Below the pieces are notes generated by a model. That model was not told where the DNA came from. It made no database searches and saw only the letters and a list, made by a program, of their open reading frames with translations. From positions 1 through 46,524 of the forward strand of contig JAYYDI010000155.1 of assembly GCA_036161055.1 (NCBI GenBank): a DNA stretch of 46,524 nt. Direction: 5' to 3'. Below are positions 9,659 to 19,394 of this stretch, one piece after another. A program made the translations under genes and the position numbers. The DNA comes from Pseudomonadota bacterium (GTDB lineage Bacteria; Pseudomonadota; Gammaproteobacteria; Pseudomonadales; Azotimanducaceae). How positions within the stretch are numbered: position 1 is the first letter of the stretch; each line of letters starts with the position of its first letter.

Positions 9659-10478
9659 GGCTGATACGCGTTTAGAAAAAAATAAGCTAAATAAAAAACT
9701 CAGGCGCTCTGTCGCTAAAGCAATCTCAGATTTCGATATGATTGAAGATGGCGATAGGGTTTTAGTCTGCCTATCTGGTGGAAAAGATTCTTTTACCATG
9801 CTGGATATCCTGCTTAGCCTACGGGATCACGCCCCGATTAAATTTGAGATACTAGCTTTTAACCTTGATCAAAAACAGCCTGGATTTCCAGAGCGCGTTT
9901 TACCGGAATATTTAAAAGGGCGAAATGTTGATTTCGTTGTGCTCGAGGAAGACACTTACTCGCTTGTTGTCGACATGGTCCCCAGTGGCAAAACCTACTG
10001 TGGTTGGTGTTCTAGATTCCGTCGAGGAATTATTTACCGGTACGCAAAAGAGAATAATTTCTCAAAGATTGCCTTGGGGCATCATCGTGATGACATTATT
10101 GAAACTTTGTTTCTCAACATGTTCTACGGAGGGAAGCTGAAGGCTATGCCGCCAAAGCTTTTGAGCGATGACTCTGAAAATATTGTCATTAGGCCGTTAG
10201 CCTATTGCAGAGAGAAAGATATTGGCCGTTACGCCGAAATGTGCGAATTTCCCATAATTCCGTGCGATCTCTGTGGGTCGCAAGATGGTTTGCAACGCGC
10301 AACCATCAAAAAGATGTTGCAATCTTGGGATAAAGAGCACCCGGGCCGGATAGAGACTATTTTTAGAGCAACTCAATCGCTGGTTCCATCACATTTATTA
10401 GATGAGTCTAAATTTGATTTTAAAGGCCTAGCAAAGACCCAAGCAAAGATTCCGTTAATTGAGGCTGATGATGCCTAA
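9657..10478 (+). CDS. ttcA: tRNA 2-thiocytidine(32) synthetase TtcA
   Basis: It is nearly collinear with E. coli TtcA: the PP-loop [56 protein letters not shown] and YPGRIE. Confidence 0.95.
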   Translation: MADTRLEKNKLNKKLRRSVAKAISDFDMIEDGDRVLVCLSGGKDSFTMLDILLSLRDHAPIKFEILAFNLDQKQPGFPERVLPEYLKGRNVDFVVLEEDTYSLVVDMVPSGKTYCGWCSRFRRGIIYRYAKENNFSKIALGHHRDDIIETLFLNMFYGGKLKAMPPKLLSDDSENIVIRPLAYCREKDIGRYAEMCEFPIIPCDLCGSQDGLQRATIKKMLQSWDKEHPGRIETIFRATQSLVPSHLLDESKFDFKGLAKTQAKIPLIEADDA

Positions 10479-10514
10479 TACGCCGTGCCAAATTAATGGA
10501 AATAGGGACCAAGC

Positions 10515-10721
10515 ATGATCATTCCTTGGGATGAGCTCTCTGCGCCAGCTTTGGAAGGTATAATAGAGGAGTTTGTCTTGAGAGAGGGGACCGAATACGG
10601 TGCAAGCGAATACTCGCTCGATCAGAAAAAATCAGATGTTAAAAGGCAACTCGAGAGAGCTGAAGTTCAAATTACCTTCGATATTAATACCAAGACCTGC
10701 TCAATTGTACCCATTGTTTGA
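10515..10721 (+). CDS. yheU: YheU family protein (UPF0270)
   Basis: MIIPWDELSAPALEGIIEEFVLREGTEYG....DVKRQL matches E. coli YheU almost position by position. Confidence 0.85.
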   Translation: MIIPWDELSAPALEGIIEEFVLREGTEYGASEYSLDQKKSDVKRQLERAEVQITFDINTKTCSIVPIV

Positions 10722-10773
10722 AACGTCCTGCTAGCGTAGGATTTGGGGGACGACGGTTGGGGATGATTTCAAT

Positions 10774-13011
10774 ATGGGAAAAATTGTATTCGCGCTAGTC
10801 GCGCTCGGTCTCGGTCTTACTTTGATATTTGGTTATCCTTTTGAAAGCGGATTGCTCACAAAAAATCCCTCAACCGAGAGTGTTGGGCCGGATCTAACGA
10901 GGCTCAAATCTTTCCCGGCTGGCGGGATAGACGGTGAGAGGATCGTCAATGCAGATCTAGAACCTGGCAGTTGGCTTTCTCACGCCAGAACCTACGATGA
11001 GCAGAGATATAGTCCGCTCTCTGAAATAAACGCCGGAAACGCGGAGCAATTAGGTCTGGCCTGGTACTTTGATACTGGAACTGACAGAGGGCTTGAGGCC
11101 TCGCCAATTGTGGTTGATGGGGTGATGTACTCCACGGGCTCTTGGAGTGTCGTGTATGCGAACGATGCGGTAACTGGAGAATTGATTTGGAAATACGATC
11201 CCGAAGTCCCGAAGAGTTGGGGAGCAAATGCTTGCTGTGATGTTGTCAATCGAGGAGTGGCTGTTTGGAAGGGGAAGGTCTATGTGGGAACCATTGATGG
11301 GCGGTTGATAGCGCTCAATGCTGAGACAGGCGATCAGTTTTGGAGCGTCAATACGATCGACCGGTCTAAGCCCTATACAATAACTGGCGCTCCGAGAGTT
11401 ATTAAAGACAAGGTAATTATTGGAAATGGCGGCGCTGAGTATGGCGTGAGAGGTTATGTCACTGCTTACGACCATGAAAGTGGTGAACAGGTTTGGAGAT
11501 TTTACACGGTCCCAGGCGACCCCTCTGAACCCTTCGAATCCGAGACCATGGCTAAGGCGGCTAAGACTTGGACGGGGAACTGGTGGGAAATGGGCGGCGG
11601 TGGCACCGTTTGGGACTCAATGGCTTATGATCCAGAGCTTGACCTACTCTACATAGGAGTGGGCAATGGATCCCCTTGGAACCAAATAGTGCGGAGTCCA
11701 GGGGGTGGAGACAATCTATTCTTATCTTCAATTGTCGCTCTGAAACCGGATTCAGGAGAATACGTTTGGCATTATCAAACAACACCTGGGGACACATGGG
11801 ATTATACCGCGACTCAGCACATGATATTGGCAAACCTAAACATTGGTGGGGAAGTTCGAAAAGCAATCTTGCAGGCTCCTAAAAACGGGTTCTTTTATGT
11901 TCTTGACCGGGAGACTGGGGAGTTTATCTCTGCGGAGAAATATGTACCCGTTACCTGGGCAACCCATGTGGATCCCGAGACCGGACGGCCTGTAGAGACT
12001 GAAAACGCACGATATCAGGTTTCTAATCCCCTGATCGACTTACCTTTGGAGGAGCAAATTGATGTTCTCAGAGGCATGTCGGCTGGAGAAATTGAGGCCG
12101 CCTATCATAAACCTGGTCCTTTAGGTGGACACAACTGGCACCCGATGACGTTCAGTCCGGACACTGGGTATGTATATATTCCTGCCCTAGATATGCCTTT
12201 TGGTTATGGTAATGAGCCTGGTTTTGTTTATGAAGAGGGTCGTTGGAACTTAGCAAACGATTGGCGGCTTGGGATGCCTACGGGAGAAAAAAGCGTTGAT
12301 TCCAAAGTAGACGGATTATTAAGGGGCTTTATATCGGCCTGGGACCCGGTGGAGCAAAAAGAAGTCTGGAGAATTCAGCATGCGGGCACTTGGAACGGGG
12401 GAATGTTGTCCACGGCTGGGAATTTGATTTTTCAGGGCAACTCAGCCGGTTATTTTGTTGCCTACAGGGCTGATACTGGCGAGGAGCTTTGGTCAGCTGA
12501 GACCCAAACGGGTGCCATAGCGCCACCGGTAACATATGAAGTAGACGGACAGCAATACGTCACCATAGTGGCTGGCTGGGGGGGCGCTTTTGCTCTTAGT
12601 GCTGGCGCTGCTGAGGATTACAACTTGAAGCCAAGGGGACGGATTCTTACTTATAAATTAGGCGGAGAAATTGAACTTCCCCCGGTAATGGATCAGGATC
12701 CAGTAGTCCCTGATTTGCCTGTAGTAGCAGCAAGTGAAGAGGAAATCGCCCATGGGAAATTTATGTACCACAAATACTGTGGCGTGTGCCATGGTGCTGG
12801 CGTTCGTTCCGGGGGTGTTATTCCTGACCTGAGATACCTTGTTCCCGGTAAACATCTTATCTTTGAAGACATCGTTTTAGGCGGGATCCTGAAAGATCGG
12901 GGGATGGTAAGCTTTTCAGGTTCTCTAACTAAACAGGACAGTTATGCAGTGCACCAGTATGTTATCAGCGAAGCAAAGCGCTTAAAAAAGGCTCAATATG
13001 AATACAATTAG
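10774..13011 (+). CDS. PQQ-dependent quinohemoprotein alcohol dehydrogenase (type II, with C-terminal cytochrome c domain)
   Basis: There is a signal/TM N-terminus and the vicinal-Cys motif ANACCDVVNRG. Repeated W-motif propeller blades are visible (e.g. GRLIALNAETGDQFW, GYFVAYRADTGEELW). The C-terminal heme-c site is CGVCHG. Confidence 0.9.
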   Translation: MGKIVFALVALGLGLTLIFGYPFESGLLTKNPSTESVGPDLTRLKSFPAGGIDGERIVNADLEPGSWLSHARTYDEQRYSPLSEINAGNAEQLGLAWYFDTGTDRGLEASPIVVDGVMYSTGSWSVVYANDAVTGELIWKYDPEVPKSWGANACCDVVNRGVAVWKGKVYVGTIDGRLIALNAETGDQFWSVNTIDRSKPYTITGAPRVIKDKVIIGNGGAEYGVRGYVTAYDHESGEQVWRFYTVPGDPSEPFESETMAKAAKTWTGNWWEMGGGGTVWDSMAYDPELDLLYIGVGNGSPWNQIVRSPGGGDNLFLSSIVALKPDSGEYVWHYQTTPGDTWDYTATQHMILANLNIGGEVRKAILQAPKNGFFYVLDRETGEFISAEKYVPVTWATHVDPETGRPVETENARYQVSNPLIDLPLEEQIDVLRGMSAGEIEAAYHKPGPLGGHNWHPMTFSPDTGYVYIPALDMPFGYGNEPGFVYEEGRWNLANDWRLGMPTGEKSVDSKVDGLLRGFISAWDPVEQKEVWRIQHAGTWNGGMLSTAGNLIFQGNSAGYFVAYRADTGEELWSAETQTGAIAPPVTYEVDGQQYVTIVAGWGGAFALSAGAAEDYNLKPRGRILTYKLGGEIELPPVMDQDPVVPDLPVVAASEEEIAHGKFMYHKYCGVCHGAGVRSGGVIPDLRYLVPGKHLIFEDIVLGGILKDRGMVSFSGSLTKQDSYAVHQYVISEAKRLKKAQYEYN

Positions 13012-13075
13012 CCTATAATGCTCGAAAAGGCGGACCATAATGCGCCTTTATGCGACCAGTCATTGGGAGAAAAAA

Positions 13076-14320
13076 ATGAGTGAAGCAACTAATTTAGAAT
13101 GGAAAAGCCTGGATCCAAAAGAGATCCCCTTATCTGATATTGATCTTGTTGACCCGCATATTTTTCATAACGATTTTCATGTAAAGATTTTTGAGAGACT
13201 CAGGAAAGAATCACCTGTGCATTATCAGCAGGATCATGAAGTAGTTGGTTCCTTCTGGAACGTTACTCGGTACCAAGACATAATGTCGGTGGATACTGAT
13301 CCCGCGACCTATTCCTCGGAAGGTTCAATTGTGGCGACAGATCCAGAGGAAGAGTTTCCTTTACCTATGTTTATTGCGATGGACCCGCCAAAACACGATA
13401 AACAGCGAAAAGAGGTGAGTCCTGTGGTCGGGCCGAAAAATCTCGCTAAAATGGAGAGCACAATAAGAAAGCGTGCCGGAGACATTCTTGATGCTTTGCC
13501 CCTTAATACTGAGTTTAATTGGGCCGATAAGGTAAGCATAGAACTTACAACTCAGATGCTAGCGACTCTTTTTGATTTTCCGTTTGAGGACCGCAGAAAG
13601 CTTACTCGTTGGTCAGACGTGGCAACAGCGGATGAGCAGTCTGGAATCATTGAGAGTGAAGAGCAAAGGAGAGCAGAACTACTTGAGTGTCTGGAGTATT
13701 TCACAGAGCTCTGGAATGAGAGAGTTAATGCGCCTCCCAGAAACGATTTGATTTCAATGTTAGCCCACGGAGAATCTACAAAGAATATGGATCCAGCGGA
13801 GTATCTGGGAAATCTTATTCTTCTCATCGTCGGTGGGAATGACACAACCCGCAATTCCATCTCGGGAGGAATTAAGTTCCTAAATGAAAACCCGTTGGAA
13901 TACCAAAAATTGATTAAAAACCAAAGCCTGATTCCCAACATGGTCTCTGAAATAATTCGATATCAAACGCCCTTGGCTTACATGCGTCGAACAGCTATGA
14001 AAGACACAGTCTTGGGCGGCCAGAATATAAAGGCAGGTGATAAGGTTCTCATGTGGTATGTGTCTGGAAATCGGGACAGCACAGCCATCTCTGACGCGGA
14101 TCGTTTTTTAATTGACAGACCAGACGCACGGAAGCATCTTTCCTTTGGCTTTGGGATCCACCGCTGCATGGGGAATCGCCTCGCAGAGATGCAACTTCGA
14201 GTGCTTTGGGAAGAGATTTTAAAGCGATTTAAAAAGATTGAGATGACTGGGCCAGTAACAATGGTCAACTCCTCTTTCGTTAAAGGATACTCTCACCTTC
14301 CGGTAATTATTAACAAATAA
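13076..14320 (+). CDS. Cytochrome P450, CYP153-like (alkane/terminal hydroxylase family)
   Basis: The heme loop FGFGIHRCMGNRLAE, the I-helix LLIVGGNDTTRNS and FIAMDPPKHDKQR are the blocks that characterise CYP153 enzymes. My preferred start is ATG 13076, behind GGGAGA; the ORF track begins at 13040. Confidence 0.9.
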   Translation: MSEATNLEWKSLDPKEIPLSDIDLVDPHIFHNDFHVKIFERLRKESPVHYQQDHEVVGSFWNVTRYQDIMSVDTDPATYSSEGSIVATDPEEEFPLPMFIAMDPPKHDKQRKEVSPVVGPKNLAKMESTIRKRAGDILDALPLNTEFNWADKVSIELTTQMLATLFDFPFEDRRKLTRWSDVATADEQSGIIESEEQRRAELLECLEYFTELWNERVNAPPRNDLISMLAHGESTKNMDPAEYLGNLILLIVGGNDTTRNSISGGIKFLNENPLEYQKLIKNQSLIPNMVSEIIRYQTPLAYMRRTAMKDTVLGGQNIKAGDKVLMWYVSGNRDSTAISDADRFLIDRPDARKHLSFGFGIHRCMGNRLAEMQLRVLWEEILKRFKKIEMTGPVTMVNSSFVKGYSHLPVIINK

Positions 14321-14324
14321 ACAG

Positions 14325-14351
14325 TTTAGGACATCAGCTTTTTGTCCTAAA
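14325..14351. terminator. Hairpin between convergent P450 and hyuB genes (possible bidirectional terminator)
   Basis: A 9-bp perfect stem, TTTAGGACA (14325-14333) paired with TGTCCTAAA (14343-14351), encloses a 9-nt loop. On the minus strand it is followed by a T-rich tract (TTTATTTGTT). It overlaps the last codons of hyuB. Confidence 0.4.
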
Positions 14352-16013
14352 TCTTAAAAACAAGAAGATTTTTTCTAAGAATTCCGGGAGGGTCGCCGTA
14401 ACCAATCTTTCCTTCTTATCTTTTTCTCTCAATTTGGGATCGCGATTCTTTGCTTTGCCTAACCCACCACCACCTGCTGTCTCTAGCACGAAGGTTTTTC
14501 CGGCAGGAATTAATTCTCTTCCCATACCATTCAACACCTTATCACCCTTTAAATATACCTTTGCCGATCTTCCTGCACCCCCGCCGTGCCTTCCTCTCGG
14601 TGGGTTTTTGATTCGATCAAACATTTTTGACACATAAAATGACTCTCCTTTGATATGCGCAAACTCGATCCTTTGTCCAAGTCCACCTCTGAACTCCCCC
14701 TGGCCCCCGGAGCCTGCTCTATATTCTTTTTTTAACATAATCATCGGTGAACACGTCTCTGCTATCTCTACAGGTGTTCCTCGAACACCTGAAGGAAAAG
14801 CGGTACAAGACAAGCCGTCTTTTTTTGGGCGGGCGCCTGTTCCGCCTGTGTAGAAGGCATTCATTACAAAAGGCTCACACTTGCTTTCTGGAATAAAATC
14901 TTTACCCCCATAAAAGACTGGGCCGTAGAGGCAAGCTGCCCCCTCAGCGATAACGTTTTTCTGCAAAGGCTCGTCTAAAGCACCGATCACGACATCGGGC
15001 AGCATCTGTCCGATCATATGTCGTGCTGAAACAGCAGAGGGTCGTGGAGCATTTAAAATACATCCGAGCGGCGCGCTTACCTGGATAGCACTCAGAGAAC
15101 CGCTATTATTTGGTATGTCATTACCGATCAAACATCGAATGCCAAAACAGGAGTAGGCTTGCGCATACGTCAACGGAACGTTTATTCCTTGAGCGCTTTT
15201 TTTAGAGGTCCCAGCCCAATCAATGCTTACACCCTCAGTTGAAATTTCTAATTTACATTTGAGGTCGATCGGCTCATGAAACCCGTCGATTTTCATTGAG
15301 TTAGTCCAGGACCCTTCAGGGAGCTCGGAAATTTGGGCAATCATAGCGTTTCTTGATTTCTCAATTATCTTGCCCGCAATTGCGTCGAGATCAGAGATAG
15401 AAAATTCCTTCATTGTTTCAATCAGAGTTTCGCCAGCCACTTGGTTACAAGAAGCAAGAGAATAAAGATCCCCTTCGGCCGCTTCTGGATCTCTGACATT
15501 GGCTTTAAGAATTTCCATAAGAGTAGCGTTGACAATTCCTTCTTTAAAAAGAAAATTAATTGGCAAGTTGATTCCTTCTTCATAAACTTGTTTCCCGTCT
15601 GCGCCAAACCCTAACCCACCAACATCTGCTATGTGTGACGTCGCGGCAAATAGTCCTATTGGCGCATCTTGATAAAAAACTGGTGTCACGACAGTAAAAT
15701 CGTTTAGGTGCCCGGTGCCATGCCAAGGATCATTTGTTAACAAAGAATCTCCCGCTTTCAGAGATGTGATTTTGAATTTCTCTAGGAAATTTTTAACACT
15801 CGCCGCCATTGCGTTTACGTGTCCTGGGGTTCCAGTAATCGCTTGGGCAAGCATGCGTCCTTTTGTGTCAAACAATCCGGCTGAGAGATCGCCTGCTTCC
15901 CTAACTGTCGTTGAGAATGCTGTCCTGACTAATGTTTGTGCTTGATCTTCAACGATCGCAATTAGTCGATCCCATATTATCTGATCAGTTAGCGAGAAAT
16001 CCTGGTTAGCCAT
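14334..16013 (-). CDS. hyuB: Hydantoinase B / oxoprolinase family protein (HyuB-type subunit)
   Basis: The size and blocks such as TNDPWHGTGHLNDF, SHIADVGG and GGGGLG are typical of HyuB / acetone-carboxylase alpha-type subunits. It overlaps hyuA by 8 nt. Confidence 0.85.
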   Translation of the reverse strand: MANQDFSLTDQIIWDRLIAIVEDQAQTLVRTAFSTTVREAGDLSAGLFDTKGRMLAQAITGTPGHVNAMAASVKNFLEKFKITSLKAGDSLLTNDPWHGTGHLNDFTVVTPVFYQDAPIGLFAATSHIADVGGLGFGADGKQVYEEGINLPINFLFKEGIVNATLMEILKANVRDPEAAEGDLYSLASCNQVAGETLIETMKEFSISDLDAIAGKIIEKSRNAMIAQISELPEGSWTNSMKIDGFHEPIDLKCKLEISTEGVSIDWAGTSKKSAQGINVPLTYAQAYSCFGIRCLIGNDIPNNSGSLSAIQVSAPLGCILNAPRPSAVSARHMIGQMLPDVVIGALDEPLQKNVIAEGAACLYGPVFYGGKDFIPESKCEPFVMNAFYTGGTGARPKKDGLSCTAFPSGVRGTPVEIAETCSPMIMLKKEYRAGSGGQGEFRGGLGQRIEFAHIKGESFYVSKMFDRIKNPPRGRHGGGAGRSAKVYLKGDKVLNGMGRELIPAGKTFVLETAGGGGLGKAKNRDPKLREKDKKERLVTATLPEFLEKIFLFLRFRTKS

Positions 16014-18087
16014 CAGCTCTTTCCAAAATAATGTTGCCTAGAGAATCTGCGTGGCATTCAAATCCGACCGGAACTATTGTAGTTGTTTGTTCCTCTGCAA
16101 TGATAGCTGGCCCTTTAGTAGAAAAGCCATTTTCGAAGCTCTCTCTTTGGTATACGGGCGCTTCGATAAATTCTGCGTTCTTGGGCTCATAAAACGTTTG
16201 GTACGACACCGGTTCTGCATGAGATTCACTTCCTCTAGCTTTCGAAACTGGCAAGAGAAAGTTAGTGTTTTCGAAAATAGTTAGCATCCATGAGAGGATT
16301 TCTATCTTTGCGTTTCGCAATTTGTGCCCGTAAACCCGTTCGTATTCTGCCTCAAAAAGGTCTCTAACTACTTGGACCTGCTTTTCAGAAAAAACCTTGT
16401 TGGGAATCCTGATGTTTAGCTCGTGGCCCTGCCCAGAATATCTCATGCTTATCTGTCTGACTTCTTGAAGAATTGCTTTTGGTGCCGCCAAGGTGACGAT
16501 TGCAAGCGCCTCATCTCGCATTTCTTCGTATAGCTTGTTAATAACCTCAAAGTTAAGTTCGAGTAGATTCATATGCCTACTGCGAACAACCTCATAAGAA
16601 GCGGCGGCTAACAAGAATCCAAGCGCTGAACCAACCGCTGCGTTCTTTGGTATCAATATCCTCTTGGCTTTTAACTTAGAGCCAAGATTAGCTGCATGTA
16701 TCGGAGCTGCTCCACCAAAGGCAATGAGATCTCTCTCTCCTAGATCTAGGCCATACTCGGCTGCGTGAGTTTTCGCTGCACTGGCCATATTTTCATCAAC
16801 TACCTCTGTGATGCCCAGTGCGCTTTCAATATCCGGTATGCCCAAGTTCTCGGATATTATTTTATTGATCGCCTCTGTCCCGAGGTCTGTGTTCAGAAAA
16901 AAAGGAAAATTTTTAATCACCATTTTTCCTTGCAACAGATCAGCGTCCGTCACCGTCGGTTGGTTCCCCCCTAAATCGTAGCAAGCTGGGCCTGGGCTCG
17001 ATCCTGCGCTCTCTGGACCCACCTTTATTCGGTCCATTTTATCAACGTGGGCTATGGAGCCGCCTCCAGCGCCAATCTCTAGCATTTCAATTACTGGTAT
17101 CTTGAGGGGTAAGCCACTGCCTTTCTTAAAACGATAGCTCCTGTCTACCTCAAACTGCCTTGAGATTCTTGGTTCGCTGGAATCAATTAGGCACAATTTA
17201 GCAGTAGTGCCGCCCATGTCGAATGACAAAGAAGCATTGCTTCCTATCTGGCTCGAAACCTTAGATGCGAGTATTGCACCACCAGCGGGTCCCGACTCTA
17301 CGAGTCGGATCGGGAATTTGCTGGCCGTTTCTAGGGTGGTTAGTCCGCCCCCAGATGTGATGAGAAGAAACGGAGATTTTATATCCTTTCCTTCAAGACC
17401 CGCTTTAATCTTACCCAGATAGCTCGCCATCAGCGGTTGCACATAGGCGTTACAAACAGTGGTTGAAAATCTTTCATATTCGCGAATCTCTGGGGCAACT
17501 TCTGAGCTAATTGATACGTCTAAATCTGGTCGATGCTGTTTTAGGATTTCCCGTGTCTTCAGCTCATGCGCAGGGTTGACGTACGAGTGAAGATAGCCAA
17601 CTGCTATACTCTCTGCGGCTTCTTTTTTTATAATTTTTAAAGCCTTTAAAATAGTCGACTTGTGTAAGCTTACAAAAACTTCTCCTTCGCGAGTCAGTCG
17701 CTCAGTAATAGGTATTCTCAAATGTCTGGGCACAAGCGGTTGAGCCCTATCTATATTAATGTCGTATTGCTCAAATCTTTCCTCTCGCGCTATCGCTAGG
17801 GTATCTATGTGACCTTTAGTTGTTAGAAACGCAACCTTTGCCCCTGTGCGCTGGATCAGCGCGTTGGTCGCAAGGGTAGTTCCGTGGACAATCAAACTGA
17901 GTTCGCTAGGGCTTCGTTCAGCCTTTTTGAGGACATTATCAATTCCGGTAAGTATGCCCAGCTCAGGGTTATCATGATTTGTTAGTAGCTTGTGCGAGAT
18001 ATACCCTTTATCTGGGGTCTCCAGAACTAGATCCGTAAAGGTTCCCCCTATATCGATTGCAAGTCGTAATGAATTTTGGCTGTTCAT
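16006..18087 (-). CDS. hyuA: Hydantoinase A / oxoprolinase family protein (HyuA-type subunit)
   Basis: The N-terminal ATPase motif LAIDIGGTFTDLV is present, along with a second actin-like ATPase block SFDMGGTTAKL. The length is ~690 aa. Confidence 0.9.
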   Translation of the reverse strand: MNSQNSLRLAIDIGGTFTDLVLETPDKGYISHKLLTNHDNPELGILTGIDNVLKKAERSPSELSLIVHGTTLATNALIQRTGAKVAFLTTKGHIDTLAIAREERFEQYDINIDRAQPLVPRHLRIPITERLTREGEVFVSLHKSTILKALKIIKKEAAESIAVGYLHSYVNPAHELKTREILKQHRPDLDVSISSEVAPEIREYERFSTTVCNAYVQPLMASYLGKIKAGLEGKDIKSPFLLITSGGGLTTLETASKFPIRLVESGPAGGAILASKVSSQIGSNASLSFDMGGTTAKLCLIDSSEPRISRQFEVDRSYRFKKGSGLPLKIPVIEMLEIGAGGGSIAHVDKMDRIKVGPESAGSSPGPACYDLGGNQPTVTDADLLQGKMVIKNFPFFLNTDLGTEAINKIISENLGIPDIESALGITEVVDENMASAAKTHAAEYGLDLGERDLIAFGGAAPIHAANLGSKLKAKRILIPKNAAVGSALGFLLAAASYEVVRSRHMNLLELNFEVINKLYEEMRDEALAIVTLAAPKAILQEVRQISMRYSGQGHELNIRIPNKVFSEKQVQVVRDLFEAEYERVYGHKLRNAKIEILSWMLTIFENTNFLLPVSKARGSESHAEPVSYQTFYEPKNAEFIEAPVYQRESFENGFSTKGPAIIAEEQTTTIVPVGFECHADSLGNIILERADG

Positions 18088-18232
18088 GATCTTCTTCGTT
18101 GGTTTCGTATTTATTTAACTACGTACCAAACCCCAGAACAATTATACCGATAAAAGAATTTCGAATTGGGGACACTTAGCTATACTGGTAGAATACTACC
18201 TCCTTGCAAATTGGCCGAAAGCCTTAGGTAAA

Positions 18233-19285
18233 ATGACGGTTTACGATTTATTAAGACCAATTCTTTTTTCTCTTGAACCCGAACTGGCTCATCGTCTTAC
18301 CCTGAAGGGACTTAGCTGGGGATCTCGCTTACTCTCAGCTGCTAATCAAGACGACCCTCGTTTGGCAGTTGAGGCTCTCGGCCTTAATTTTTCGAACCCT
18401 CTCGGTATGGCAGCAGGTTTTGACAAAAACGGAGAGGTTCCTGACGCTTTGTTGAAACTCGGTTTTGGTTTTACCGAAATTGGTACTGTTACGCCTCGGC
18501 CTCAGATTGGGAATCCAAAGCCGCGCGTATTTAGATTGATACAGGATCACGCGTTAATTAATCGCTTAGGTTTTAACAACAATGGGCAAAAGCGTTTGGT
18601 AGACCGATTGGAAAAAAGGTCTGAGGCAACACGAAAACTTGGCGTTCTTGGGGTAAACATAGGTGCCAATAAAGAATCCTTTGATAGAATCCTCGATTAC
18701 GGTGATGGAGCCAAGGCCCTATCTCCCTATTCGGACTACTTAGCAATAAATGTCTCATCGCCAAATACCCCGGGTTTAAGAGGCCTCCAATCTGCTGAAG
18801 CACTGGGTGCGATTATTGCGCAGGTCAGAGCATCAATGATTAAAGAGGTACCGGTCCTTGTCAAAATCGCTCCTGATCTCGAAATAAAGGAGCTAGAGGA
18901 AATCGCGGAGGTCGCTAGGAAAATGTCGATTAACGGAATAATAGTATCGAACACAACAATAGAGCGACCGGTAAAATCTCGGAACCATCACAAGAACGAA
19001 AAGGGAGGATTGTCAGGGAATCCTCTTTTTGAACCTTCTACCCGTGTTCTTTCTCAACTCTACCAGCTTACAAAAGGTCAGACGACTTTGATTGGTGTGG
19101 GTGGAATTGAGTCTGCGGAAGACGTCCTTAAAAAAATCCGCTCCGGTGCTTCCTTGGTGCAGCTTTATACTGCGCTAGTCTATAAAGGTCCGAGTCTAAT
19201 AAAGAAAATAAAGCATGACTTAGTCGAATTGTTAGAGAGAGACGGTTTAAAAAATATCTCTTATGCGGTAGGAATAGATGCATGA
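18233..19285 (+). CDS. pyrD: Dihydroorotate dehydrogenase (quinone), class 2
   Basis: Motifs present are GMAAGFDKNGE, FTEIGTVTPRPQIGNPKPRVFRL, GVNIGANK, INVSSPNTPGLR, IAPDL, SNTT and GVGGI. Confidence 0.95.
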   Translation: MTVYDLLRPILFSLEPELAHRLTLKGLSWGSRLLSAANQDDPRLAVEALGLNFSNPLGMAAGFDKNGEVPDALLKLGFGFTEIGTVTPRPQIGNPKPRVFRLIQDHALINRLGFNNNGQKRLVDRLEKRSEATRKLGVLGVNIGANKESFDRILDYGDGAKALSPYSDYLAINVSSPNTPGLRGLQSAEALGAIIAQVRASMIKEVPVLVKIAPDLEIKELEEIAEVARKMSINGIIVSNTTIERPVKSRNHHKNEKGGLSGNPLFEPSTRVLSQLYQLTKGQTTLIGVGGIESAEDVLKKIRSGASLVQLYTALVYKGPSLIKKIKHDLVELLERDGLKNISYAVGIDA

Positions 19286-19394
19286 AATCAGCCATGGCTT
19301 GCTAATGGTTTTGTTAATCAAAATAAGTTCTATCAGAAAGTTTAAGGAAGATTTTTTCATCTCTAACGTTATTTTGACGAGAAAAAAAACTAAG

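Noticed and set aside
9659-9799. Upstream extension of the deacetylase ORF
   Set aside because: It runs antisense through the ttcA start region. The internal Met at 9658 gives a normal signal-peptide-like N-terminus.
11050-11475. Long antisense ORFs inside large genes: this one, plus 13552-13941, 33566-33925, 36409-36861, 40738-41127, 42466-42852, 45290-45721 and the many 60-100 aa ORFs in the track
   Set aside because: Each lies wholly inside a gene with strong family motifs on the other strand. Their translations are low-complexity or Ser/Pro/Arg-rich, which is typical of shadow frames.
19278-19394. Upstream extension of the M13 peptidase ORF overlapping the pyrD end
   Set aside because: A GTG at 19395 yields a canonical lipoprotein signal (LLSLVGC). 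The extension looks non-signal-like.
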